A DNA stretch of 64,000 nucleotides from a virus, in IMG/VR virus record IMGVR_UViG_3300010224_000001, positions 32,001 to 96,000 of that record. One strand, written 5' to 3'. Position 1 is the first letter of the stretch; each line of letters begins with the position of its first letter. Below, one piece after another: positions 55,211 through 64,000 of this stretch. The position numbers and the translations under genes were made by a program. The notes below the pieces were generated by a model that did no database searches, was not told where the DNA came from, and was given only the letters and a program-made list of their open reading frames with translations.

Positions 55211-56830
55211 TTAATCGCTAGTTAAGTTATACATGGTCAGCGCTACTGTCGAGACATCCGTACTGGAGATAAAGCGACCATCAACACCCACGTAAGCTCG
55301 GCGAGTCTGTAAGAAGTTAACGTTCTCTTCAATTGACTCATCTGAATACAAGAAGTTACAAGTGGTAGTGTCGCCGTCAAAGTCAGCGCCAAGCTTAGCT
55401 AACTTAGAAGGATGTGGTGCCATCGATTTGACATACGGTCCAGGAATCGGGAACTCGTAGGCAATGTGGTCATCACCTAATGGTTGCCAATCATCACCCA
55501 GTTCATGACGAGCCTCTGAATCTGTGGTGGTCTTTACGTAAGTAAAGCTTGGATAGATCGAACCCACACCAGTAATCGGATAACGTGTGACATACACCGG
55601 ATATTTGTTCCAGACCGTGTAACCAGATAGATACATGAGTTCGCAGAACGTTAACGGATAGACGTGTTCTTTACTGCGTCCTTCTGGTAGTTCATTGATA
55701 TCTTGGAAGATCTTAAAAGTGCCATCGGGGCCTTTATAGATTAATCCCATGTAATGGTCACCAATCTCTAATGGCTTATCTCGCAGGGTCTCATCGCGGA
55801 AACTATTGATGACTTTTTCTAAGCCTTCATTGGTTTGCCAGCGATCGTAGTACTTGGGTTTTAAGAACACATGCTCAAGACGTAAGGTGCGTTTATGCAC
55901 GAGCATGGCAGGCATGCCTTGACCTGGGAATACTTTCGATAAGAAACCCGTTCTGAGGCGGTACTGCGCAACAGGTAACAAACCTTTCATGGTTTGGAAT
56001 AAACCTACTGCAGTGTTATTAAAACCAATGCCACCTTTCTGACCCAGATAAGGCACACCCGTGTTCATCGAGGTAATCACGTTCGCCGTACCATTCATGA
56101 TACGGCGTGCTGCCCACTTATCGAGAATCAGTTTGTTCTTACCGTAGATCATGTTTTCAAACATCTCGTAGATGTTGTTAAACGTAGTCTGCAGTTTAAA
56201 TCGAGCACGATCGATAATCTCAGGATTAGAACGAATCGCCGCTTCTGAAATTGTATTCGATACCGACAGCAGTTGACGATAGAGAAGGTTAATCTCATCT
56301 TCCACTACGCGCCCATCTGGACCTCGTTCAATATCACGTAAGCCTGCTGGCAATACCAACACCTTGGTCGTAATCGCAACGTGTTTATATTTCTCAATGG
56401 CTTGAATCGATTCTGTTCTTAAGTCGCTGTTGGTATAAGTGAATTGAATCTTATCCCAGTGTTGTAAGAAGAAGTGAAAGCCTGTTTGACCATCCAACAC
56501 ATCGGACCGTACAAAGTCTTTCTTAACATCGTCCCAGATTGCGTATTCGTTACCGGACATGATGCCGCCATACAGCCGTTTTAATTTCAACAGAAGGCCG
56601 TAGATGACTGGGTGGAAGATCGGAACCTTAATGTCGATATACGAATAACGACGACTCCGAACTGGATCTCCAGGACGTCCAAAGATGAGTGCGGAGTACA
56701 AACCGTCTGGGTGATAATTGGAAGTAATACCGTCAAACGAGTCAAGCGAAGTAACAGGACGTAACCCCATTAGCTTTTGCGGAGTCAGGTACAATATAGA
56801 CACGTTAAAGGGAACTAAAGACCTTTGCAT
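55211..56830 (-). CDS. Virion RNA polymerase beta'-like catalytic subunit (phiKZ gp180-like)
   Basis: GLYSALIFG, VLPAGLRD, TRYP and catalytic GADFDGD. Confidence 0.92.
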   Translation of the reverse strand: MQRSLVPFNVSILYLTPQKLMGLRPVTSLDSFDGITSNYHPDGLYSALIFGRPGDPVRSRRYSYIDIKVPIFHPVIYGLLLKLKRLYGGIMSGNEYAIWDDVKKDFVRSDVLDGQTGFHFFLQHWDKIQFTYTNSDLRTESIQAIEKYKHVAITTKVLVLPAGLRDIERGPDGRVVEDEINLLYRQLLSVSNTISEAAIRSNPEIIDRARFKLQTTFNNIYEMFENMIYGKNKLILDKWAARRIMNGTANVITSMNTGVPYLGQKGGIGFNNTAVGLFQTMKGLLPVAQYRLRTGFLSKVFPGQGMPAMLVHKRTLRLEHVFLKPKYYDRWQTNEGLEKVINSFRDETLRDKPLEIGDHYMGLIYKGPDGTFKIFQDINELPEGRSKEHVYPLTFCELMYLSGYTVWNKYPVYVTRYPITGVGSIYPSFTYVKTTTDSEARHELGDDWQPLGDDHIAYEFPIPGPYVKSMAPHPSKLAKLGADFDGDTTTCNFLYSDESIEENVNFLQTRRAYVGVDGRFISSTDVSTVALTMYNLTSD

Positions 56831-56906
56831 GAGAGAAGTCCTTGCGAGTGTTTAAAACTATGAAGAGCCTTCGTAAAAGGCCAATAATCTATTAGGAGTA
56901 TTTGCG

Positions 56907-59900
56907 ATGGCAAATAATCAAGCTTCGGGTCGCCATCTTCAGTTGGACGACTACGATTTTAATTCTGATTTTGACTTTGACTTCGATTTCGACTTAACGC
57001 CTAAGCCTCCAAAAGATAGCCGTGAAGCGATTTGGCGTGTGACATCGACGGCAGGTAAAACGCTGTCTAATAGCTTAAAGAGCCCCACGTTCTTTCAAAG
57101 TATTGTGAAAAAATCCTTGCCGCGGGAATATGGGCAGGCATGGGATTTAGCCGAGAAATCGGTTGGCACGCTTCGCGATCTATACAATGACAGCGTCAAA
57201 GAGCTGCGTCCGGCGTTGCGCGATTTGGCTCGTACCACTGAAAAGCTGATGCCGACGGCAGAAAAGTATCTGCCTAAGAAAGTCGCTGATGAGTTAAAAG
57301 ACTTCACGACTAAGTACGGTGCTCGTTCAGGTCCAGACACAATGGGTCTGGCTTCCAAATCTGAAGAAGACATGGCGGTCGCGGATATCCTGGGTAAGCT
57401 GTATCGCTTTACTGCTGAATCAGAAGGTAAACGCACAGCGCAAGGTGATATCAAAGAACACATCCGGGAAAACATCCAGCAAGAACGTCACTTAGACCAG
57501 ATTGCACAACTGGATAATATCCGGAGTAATATCAACCAGATGGCTGGTTACCAGCGTAAGGTTGAATACAACTTCCACCGTAAGTCATTAGAGTTACAAG
57601 CACGCAGTTACTTCGTTCAGGTTGAAACTTTACGGGAAGCGAAACGCCAAAACGTTCGTACTACTGAACACTTATCTGCGATCTTGCATAACACCGCATT
57701 GCCGGATTATGTCAAGATGAAAACGTCTGAGCAATTCATGCAACAGACGAAGAGCAAGTTCATGAACGGCATCACCAACAACATCACGGGGTTACTTGGT
57801 GATAGTTTGTTTGGACGTCGCGCTAACTATATCGGTAACTTACGTGAAGGTTTCAAACAACAAGCTGGTGTAGCGATTCAAGGTGCTAGTCGTGGTCTGC
57901 GTCAAGGTCTGTTTGGTCTTGACACAATGATCGACGATTTGACACGTGAAGATTCAACAATCGATAAATACACAGCTGGTGGTCACTTCCTCGGCTCGAG
58001 CATCTCTAAGTTCTTAAACAACCAAATCTCTAAACGGATTGGTCGTCGGATTGAGAATGATCCGAATGGTTGGGGTCGACGAGTACGGCGCTTTGGTAAT
58101 CGTTTACAATACGGTGTTGAGAATGCACCGCAGCATTTGTCTGAATTTGCAAACACTACCAACAGCGCTGAAGACTACATGCAAAACGCGTTGGATTCAA
58201 TCAACAACCGTTTTAACGATCCAATCAGTTACAGCTGGCAACGTCGCATCACTAACTTAGCTGGTAAAGTTGGTAATCCGTTACTGGATTTTGGTCGTGA
58301 TGCACTGCGTCGCACGCAGAACTATGATACACAAATTAAGGAAGGTAACGTCACCACTTTAGGTGAACCGGCTGTCTTTACCAACCATGCTCGTAAATCG
58401 ATCACGGAAATCATCCCAGGATATCTCGCAAGAATTCACCAAGAGTTAAGGATTCTGCGCACTGGCGATACTAACGTTGACTTAGTACAGTACGACTTCG
58501 ATAAGAACGGTTTCGATACTTCGTCTAACGTTAAGAAAGGTATGTTCAGTCGCTTAGTTACTAAGTCTGATAAAGAAAATACCGACCGTGATTTAGATCG
58601 TGTTTTAAATCTGCTTGATCCGCAAAACACTTTAACTGCTAAACAGCGTAAGGTGTTATCGAATCGTTTACTGCAAGATAACTTAAGCGGCGCAGTAGGT
58701 CGTGCTGGTTCTCTGCAACGTTACTCTAGCGCTTCGCAGTTTAATGGGAGCGATGAAGAACGTAAACATGCTGCTGCATTTGCTGCCCTGTTTAAGTCTC
58801 TGAAAGATTCCGATGCGGATGGCCTTAAACAAGTCGACTTCGCGCAACGTTTCGGTCGACTTGGTCAATCCTCGCAAGACGTGCGTGCCTTAGTTCAGCA
58901 ATATGCGGACATGGGCGGTCGTCCGATGCTGGAAGAGATCGGTGTGTTAGAACCTGGTAGTAACAAGATTAATCGTCAGCGTTTAATCGAATACCAATCG
59001 GGTCGTAAGTTTAACGCTCGCGCTACTCGAGCTGGCGGAGCAGTGACTGCTCCTCGTCTCGGTAACACGCCACCACTTATCCCGCATGATGAACAATCTA
59101 CGATTCATCAAGGTATCGACTTAGAACCAGTGACCGACGGTCTCAGTAAGCTCGGCCGTGACTTAGTTGCTTTGGATCCTCGTCCTAAGTTAACTGATAT
59201 CCACGAGACCTTGAAACTCATGCAAGCGCGTTTAGAAGAAGGTATTCTGACCGTGCCGTATGAACAAATCATGTCTGAGCTACAGCGCATTCGTGGTAGT
59301 AGCACCACTGGTCGTCGAGGTATCTTAGGTCGCGCCGCTCGTTCCGTAACAAGCCTGGGTGGTTTACTGACGATGTCGTTAGGTGACCTTATCAAAGGTT
59401 CTGCAAGAATGGCTGGTAAAGGTATCAATGCTGCAGGCTGGCTTGGTAACCAACTGGTTGGTGGTACTTTACGAACCGCAGGTAAACTTGCTGGTGGTGT
59501 GGCTTCCATGGGCTTTGGCGCACTTACGACGGTTGCTGGTAATGCCTATCGTCGCAACCGTGGCTTTATCGATATCTACGTCGGTAATGAAAGAAAGCCA
59601 CGCATGTATGCCCGCATGATGCAAGAAGGGAATGTCTACTTCGATAAGGAAACGAATAAACCGATTCGGCGCATGAAGGACATCACTGGTACTGTGGTCT
59701 CACGGATTAACGGTGAAGAGAAAGTCGTGCTGGAAGAAGACGAGATCGAACAAGCTTGGCAGAAAGAAGGTGCTGTCAAGAAGATGATCAAGACTTTAGG
59801 TGCAGTTGCTAGAACCGCTAAGAAGGTGGGTGAACTTGGTTTCAGTATCGTTGGCGGCGGTATACCTCTCGTCTATCGTGCTGGTCTGTGGGGTCTGAAG

Positions 59901-62900
59901 AAAGCCTACGGTTTACTCGACATGCCACAAGACGTGTACGTTAAAGGCGGTGATGGTAACCCGGTCCTGTTAGCCCGTGTGATGCGCAATGGTGGTTATC
60001 GTTCTGCGACCACTGGTAAAGTCATCAGCCGTCCTTCGCAGATTGATGGTCCGGTTGTGGTAGGTGAAGGTGATCATGAAGAACTCGCTTTAACTCACGA
60101 CGATATCAAGAAAGGTTTACTTGATTCTCACGGTAAACCGCTGCGTACTGGTTTAGCTAAACTCTTTAATCTGGCGTTCGGTGGTGTATCTTCCGCCTTC
60201 CAGCTCGCTCGTTGGGCTGGTAAGAAAGTCGGCAATGCTACGATTGGCTTACTTAAAGGTGGTGTTCGTTTAGGTAAGAACATCCTTAAGACTGGCATTA
60301 ACGTTGCCGGGTTCGGTCTCGACCTCATGCGTGGTAAGCCCATCTTTGAAGGGATGTATGGTCAAGCTGTCATGGCTGGCTTACAAGTCCAGCAAGAAGG
60401 TAACGGCTACCTGAAAGAAATCCGTGATATCTTAAACGAGCGTATGAAGGATCCAAAGAAACATGATTGGTCCGACGCTGACGGTGATGGTATTCGCGAT
60501 GGTAGTTACGATGACGAACTGAAGAAAGAAAAGGCAAAGAAGAAACAGGAAGAGGAAGCCAAAGCCAAGACTGCTTCTGGTCAGGCTGGCGTCGGTGGCG
60601 GTGGGATGTTCTCTGGCATGAAAGCCATGTGGGATAAACTGCGCGGTAAGAAAGGCGGGGATGAAGACGAAGATGGTGTTAACGTTGACATTAACGGCGT
60701 GAATACTGGTAACGGTAACACTCGAGACGAACGTCGTCAACGTCGTCTTAACCGTCTCAAACCAAAAGGCTTCTGGGGTAAGACGAAGTACTTAGCTGGT
60801 AAAACTGGTCGTGGTCTGCTGCGTTTTGGTAAAGGTGCTCTGGGTATCGCTGGCACTGTTGGAGCAAGTGTTTTAGGCTTAGAAGGCTTAGGTCTAGGCG
60901 GTGCCTTAGCTGGAGCAGGCGGTATGTTAGCTTCTGGCGCAGCTACTGCAGGTACAGCCATTGCTGCCGGTGCAGGTGCAGTCGCTTCCGGTATCGGCGC
61001 TCTCTTCACCGCTCCAGTGTTACTTGGTATCGCAGCTGTTGCAGCTGTTGGTATTGGTGGTTACCTCGCGTATAAAGCTTTGACTAAACGTCGCTTAGGT
61101 TTGGTGTCGCGTGTCCGTTACGTGCAGTATGGTTTCTCACCAATGGACAAAGATCACGTGGATGCTGTGTTCGCTTTAGAAGATGAACTGAAAGGTGCAA
61201 TCGTCTATGGTGACAAAGGCGCTCAAATTGGTGATAAGAAGTTTGATATTGCCAAGATCTTGAAACTGTTCGATATCGATACCAAAGATAAAGCTGCCGT
61301 ATCGAGCTGGGCTAACTGGTTTAGTAATCGCTTCAAGCCTGTCTACTTAACTCACGTGACTGCATTACGTACCACGGTTGCTAACAAGTGGCTCTCGGAT
61401 GTGGATAGTCTTGAGCTGCCATTGAAGAAGAAATACTTCCAAGCTTCCAAGTTCCCTGAAGGTCCGTATAACGTTACTGATTCGCCGTTCAAAGACCTGA
61501 AAGCATTACCGTCAACCGCAGGTGATGTGCGCGCTATCGTTCAGATCGTTGAGACTGAATTGAATGCGCAAACCAAGATTGACGAAAGCCGAGCTGCTAC
61601 GGGTATGGCTGGTGTTGCAGGTGCAGCTGCTGTTGCTGCGAAGACTTCGGCAAATCAAACCAATACAACGGGTGCAACTGACAAAGGTGTTAACTCCGCC
61701 ATTGTTACTGCCGCTGCTGCAGGTACGATGAATACCACTGGCTTAGGTGATGCGCGTGGTCAAGTTACCATCTCTGGTTCGTCAGTTGTGTTAGAAAGTA
61801 TCAATAGCGGACGTATTGATGCAATTACTGCAGTGCGTCTTAAGACCTACGGTCTGACCAAGTTAGAAGCTGATAAGGTTCGTCTCTTATTGGCATTAGA
61901 GAAAACTGTTGGTAAGGACGTAGTCTTTACGAATAAGATCGCTACCTGGTCAGGTTCGTTAGAAGTTATCTTGAAGAATGCAGCACCTGGTTTTGGTGTT
62001 GAGATTTCTGATAGTGAAGCTAGCAAGAACTGGTTGATGTGGTTTAACCGTCGTTTCTTACCGACGTTCTTGAATTACGTTACTGCAGTGACAGCGCAAA
62101 CTGGTAAACAAGATTACGAGTCTGCTGTTTCGACCCTGAAACCACTGCAGATGACCGACGTTGCTACAGCTATTTATACGAGTACAACTAAGACCGACGG
62201 CACGACACGCAGTGTGTGGACAGTGACTGCTTCTCCGTGGCCTAACTACGAACTTGCAACTGATGTGAAGATCGTTGATCCGAACATGCAGGGCTTAAAG
62301 GAGATGTCGAAGAATGCCATCCTTCCTGAAAGTGGTAGTAAGCAACCGAGTAAGAACGTAACTTCTCCAGCGGCGAATGGTGCGGCAGGTGCACAGGTTA
62401 ATAAGTCTGAAACTGGTATCGGTGCATGGATTAGTGGCGCGGCTACTAAGATCAAGAACGTCTTTACTGGTGAGTCGACAGATTCGTCTAGTAACATGGA
62501 TGGTGGTAGAAAACTTGATCAACCTGGTAACGGTACAGGTGGCGATGTCAATGCGATTCCAGCTCCGAAAGGCAATAGAACGTGGGCGGCATTGAAAGAT
62601 ACCATTTTAGCTGCTGCCAAGATGGTAGGTGTGGATGGTAAGCTAATGGCTGCGATGGCAGCATTAGAGTCTGGTTTTGATTACACTGTCAAAGCTGGTA
62701 GCTCTACTGCAGCTGGTCTATTCCAATTCATTGACAGCACATGGAAATGGATGCTGAAACACTTCGGTGCTAAGTATGGAATTAGTCCAGGCACTCCCCA
62801 GACTGATCCTCGCGCTAATGCTTTAATGGGTGCTGAGTATATCAAGCTTAATACTGAAGATCTGCAGCGGAACTTAAATCGTCCTTTAACGGATACCGAT

Positions 62901-63674
62901 TTATACTTCGCACACTTCTTAGGTTCTGGTGGTGCGTCGAAGTTCCTCAAAGCTAGCCCGAACGCTATTGCTGCTGAAATGTTCCCTGATGCAGCACGTG
63001 CGAACAAGGCTATCTTCTACGCTAAAGATGGTTCGCCTCTCAGCGTTGGTCAAGTTTATCAATTGGTCAACAGCAGAGTAAGAAGCAAAGGTAAATCATT
63101 CGGTATCGATGATGGTAGTGAAGAACTTGTATCTCAGTCTAAACCGACCGCAACAAGTACTGCTCCTGGCACTTCAAGCGACGCTAAGACCTCTACCAAA
63201 ACTGATACAGCCGCTGTTGCCACTCCAGCCGTTGCCGCGGCGACGACTACCACGAAGACCGGCATCGGTGCTCCTGTGGCTCCGGCTAGTGCTGAGAAAA
63301 CAGCTACCACTGCAACTGCTCCAACCAAGCCGTCTACCGACATTCCATTGTCTGCAGACTTAGGTGGCTTTACTGCGCCGTCTCGGGCTATGCGTGACGT
63401 GGCTAATCAAGCTCAAATGCAGCAAGAGCTGAAAGTAACTGGCATGGATACTGTGAATAAGACACTGACAGACTCGTTAGGTGTGCAGAAAGAAATCTCG
63501 ACCACACTGGGTAAGATCTTAGCCGCGGTAAGTAATGCTAACCAAGGTAACAATCCTGCTCAAGGGAATGGACCTCAGCAAGCATCGAATATCGTTCAAC
63601 CCAATGAACCGCGTACTCGTGCTCAAATGAAGCCTTCTCCTGTGTCAATGTCACGGACTATGCTCAATAACTAA
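56907..63674 (+). CDS. Giant tail-associated lytic transglycosylase / tape-measure-like protein (phiKZ gp181-like)
   Basis: 2255 aa; SLT motifs LESGF, AGLFQFIDSTW and YFAHFLG; Gly/Ala-rich hydrophobic segment. Confidence 0.9.
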   Translation: MANNQASGRHLQLDDYDFNSDFDFDFDFDLTPKPPKDSREAIWRVTSTAGKTLSNSLKSPTFFQSIVKKSLPREYGQAWDLAEKSVGTLRDLYNDSVKELRPALRDLARTTEKLMPTAEKYLPKKVADELKDFTTKYGARSGPDTMGLASKSEEDMAVADILGKLYRFTAESEGKRTAQGDIKEHIRENIQQERHLDQIAQLDNIRSNINQMAGYQRKVEYNFHRKSLELQARSYFVQVETLREAKRQNVRTTEHLSAILHNTALPDYVKMKTSEQFMQQTKSKFMNGITNNITGLLGDSLFGRRANYIGNLREGFKQQAGVAIQGASRGLRQGLFGLDTMIDDLTREDSTIDKYTAGGHFLGSSISKFLNNQISKRIGRRIENDPNGWGRRVRRFGNRLQYGVENAPQHLSEFANTTNSAEDYMQNALDSINNRFNDPISYSWQRRITNLAGKVGNPLLDFGRDALRRTQNYDTQIKEGNVTTLGEPAVFTNHARKSITEIIPGYLARIHQELRILRTGDTNVDLVQYDFDKNGFDTSSNVKKGMFSRLVTKSDKENTDRDLDRVLNLLDPQNTLTAKQRKVLSNRLLQDNLSGAVGRAGSLQRYSSASQFNGSDEERKHAAAFAALFKSLKDSDADGLKQVDFAQRFGRLGQSSQDVRALVQQYADMGGRPMLEEIGVLEPGSNKINRQRLIEYQSGRKFNARATRAGGAVTAPRLGNTPPLIPHDEQSTIHQGIDLEPVTDGLSKLGRDLVALDPRPKLTDIHETLKLMQARLEEGILTVPYEQIMSELQRIRGSSTTGRRGILGRAARSVTSLGGLLTMSLGDLIKGSARMAGKGINAAGWLGNQLVGGTLRTAGKLAGGVASMGFGALTTVAGNAYRRNRGFIDIYVGNERKPRMYARMMQEGNVYFDKETNKPIRRMKDITGTVVSRINGEEKVVLEEDEIEQAWQKEGAVKKMIKTLGAVARTAKKVGELGFSIVGGGIPLVYRAGLWGLKKAYGLLDMPQDVYVKGGDGNPVLLARVMRNGGYRSATTGKVISRPSQIDGPVVVGEGDHEELALTHDDIKKGLLDSHGKPLRTGLAKLFNLAFGGVSSAFQLARWAGKKVGNATIGLLKGGVRLGKNILKTGINVAGFGLDLMRGKPIFEGMYGQAVMAGLQVQQEGNGYLKEIRDILNERMKDPKKHDWSDADGDGIRDGSYDDELKKEKAKKKQEEEAKAKTASGQAGVGGGGMFSGMKAMWDKLRGKKGGDEDEDGVNVDINGVNTGNGNTRDERRQRRLNRLKPKGFWGKTKYLAGKTGRGLLRFGKGALGIAGTVGASVLGLEGLGLGGALAGAGGMLASGAATAGTAIAAGAGAVASGIGALFTAPVLLGIAAVAAVGIGGYLAYKALTKRRLGLVSRVRYVQYGFSPMDKDHVDAVFALEDELKGAIVYGDKGAQIGDKKFDIAKILKLFDIDTKDKAAVSSWANWFSNRFKPVYLTHVTALRTTVANKWLSDVDSLELPLKKKYFQASKFPEGPYNVTDSPFKDLKALPSTAGDVRAIVQIVETELNAQTKIDESRAATGMAGVAGAAAVAAKTSANQTNTTGATDKGVNSAIVTAAAAGTMNTTGLGDARGQVTISGSSVVLESINSGRIDAITAVRLKTYGLTKLEADKVRLLLALEKTVGKDVVFTNKIATWSGSLEVILKNAAPGFGVEISDSEASKNWLMWFNRRFLPTFLNYVTAVTAQTGKQDYESAVSTLKPLQMTDVATAIYTSTTKTDGTTRSVWTVTASPWPNYELATDVKIVDPNMQGLKEMSKNAILPESGSKQPSKNVTSPAANGAAGAQVNKSETGIGAWISGAATKIKNVFTGESTDSSSNMDGGRKLDQPGNGTGGDVNAIPAPKGNRTWAALKDTILAAAKMVGVDGKLMAAMAALESGFDYTVKAGSSTAAGLFQFIDSTWKWMLKHFGAKYGISPGTPQTDPRANALMGAEYIKLNTEDLQRNLNRPLTDTDLYFAHFLGSGGASKFLKASPNAIAAEMFPDAARANKAIFYAKDGSPLSVGQVYQLVNSRVRSKGKSFGIDDGSEELVSQSKPTATSTAPGTSSDAKTSTKTDTAAVATPAVAAATTTTKTGIGAPVAPASAEKTATTATAPTKPSTDIPLSADLGGFTAPSRAMRDVANQAQMQQELKVTGMDTVNKTLTDSLGVQKEISTTLGKILAAVSNANQGNNPAQGNGPQQASNIVQPNEPRTRAQMKPSPVSMSRTMLNN

Positions 63675-63680
63675 TAGAGA

Positions 63681-63707
63681 GGAGGGTGTGAAAGCACCCT
63701 CCTTTTT
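63681..63707 (+). terminator. Intrinsic terminator
   Basis: GGAGGGTG/CACCCTCC stem followed by T5. Confidence 0.8.
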
Positions 63708-63730
63708 ATACCGGCTTTAAAGGGTTTACT

Positions 63731-64000
63731 ATGGCAGCTGATTTAACTAAACGGGATGGGGAATGGGTGCGTCGTTCCTTCCTAGTTCGTAAATCTGATT
63801 TAGCACCGAATGATTACAAAAACCGTATCTTTACCACCGCAAGTTTAAAGTACACTGATACCACACCTGGCGGTAGCCAATGTATCAATCCGCCTCCTCA
63901 ATTCACCCGTCATGCGGACATTCGAGTTAAGGGTGTGTTCTCCAGTAGTAGTGCCGGTTTAGGTCGTTATTACAGTGAAGCGATTGAAGATAATTCTCAA
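63731..64000 (+). CDS. Virion structural protein (phiKZ gp182-like), runs off the right edge
   Basis: Read manually: MAADLTKRDGEWVRRSFLV...KYTDTTPGGSQCINPPPQFTRHADIR...GRYYSEAIEDNSQ. Confidence 0.75.
   Translation, partial: MAADLTKRDGEWVRRSFLVRKSDLAPNDYKNRIFTTASLKYTDTTPGGSQCINPPPQFTRHADIRVKGVFSSSSAGLGRYYSEAIEDNSQ

Noticed and set aside
34972-56830. Terminase-sheath block adjacent to the protease-vRNAP block, unlike phiKZ
   Set aside because: Rearrangement of conserved blocks is common among phiKZ-like phages; not evidence of novelty.
1-64000. tRNA, tmRNA, CRISPR arrays, introns, inteins, IS elements or a recoded genetic code
   Set aside because: No cloverleaf or T-loop signatures, spaced repeats, transposases or splice motifs seen by eye; core genes read through in the standard code.

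Overview
A 64-kb segment of a nucleus-forming phiKZ-like jumbo phage (Chimalliviridae). Left to right: (i) the nucleus/replication block, with an SbcD-like nuclease, a non-virion RNA polymerase beta'-like subunit (NADFDGD), chimallin, a family-B DNA polymerase part and an array of small genes ending at the PhuZ tubulin; (ii) a minus-strand accessory region (about 21.7-31.3 kb) of small genes, many encoding membrane proteins, behind TATATYAC-type early promoters; (iii) a hairpin- and G-rich non-coding segment at the strand switch (31.3-31.8 kb); (iv) virion genes: terminase, tail sheath and tube, prohead protease, two virion RNA polymerase subunits and the giant tail lytic transglycosylase. I saw no rRNA, tRNA, CRISPR array, intron or mobile element. 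The strongest candidate for a new system is the phuZ locus, where phuZ is flanked by an 815-aa protein of 3-4 degenerate tubulin-like domains plus a low-complexity linker, a 78-aa tubulin-N-terminus-like ORF and a highly structured non-coding element. Other leads: an RNA exposing an anti-Shine-Dalgarno loop, a TATG(A/C)CG motif after terminators, a likely ATC start codon on the nvRNAP subunit, and a second operon sharing a 22/23-bp promoter with chimallin. phiKZ gp numbers come from motifs and remembered synteny, not from database searches.
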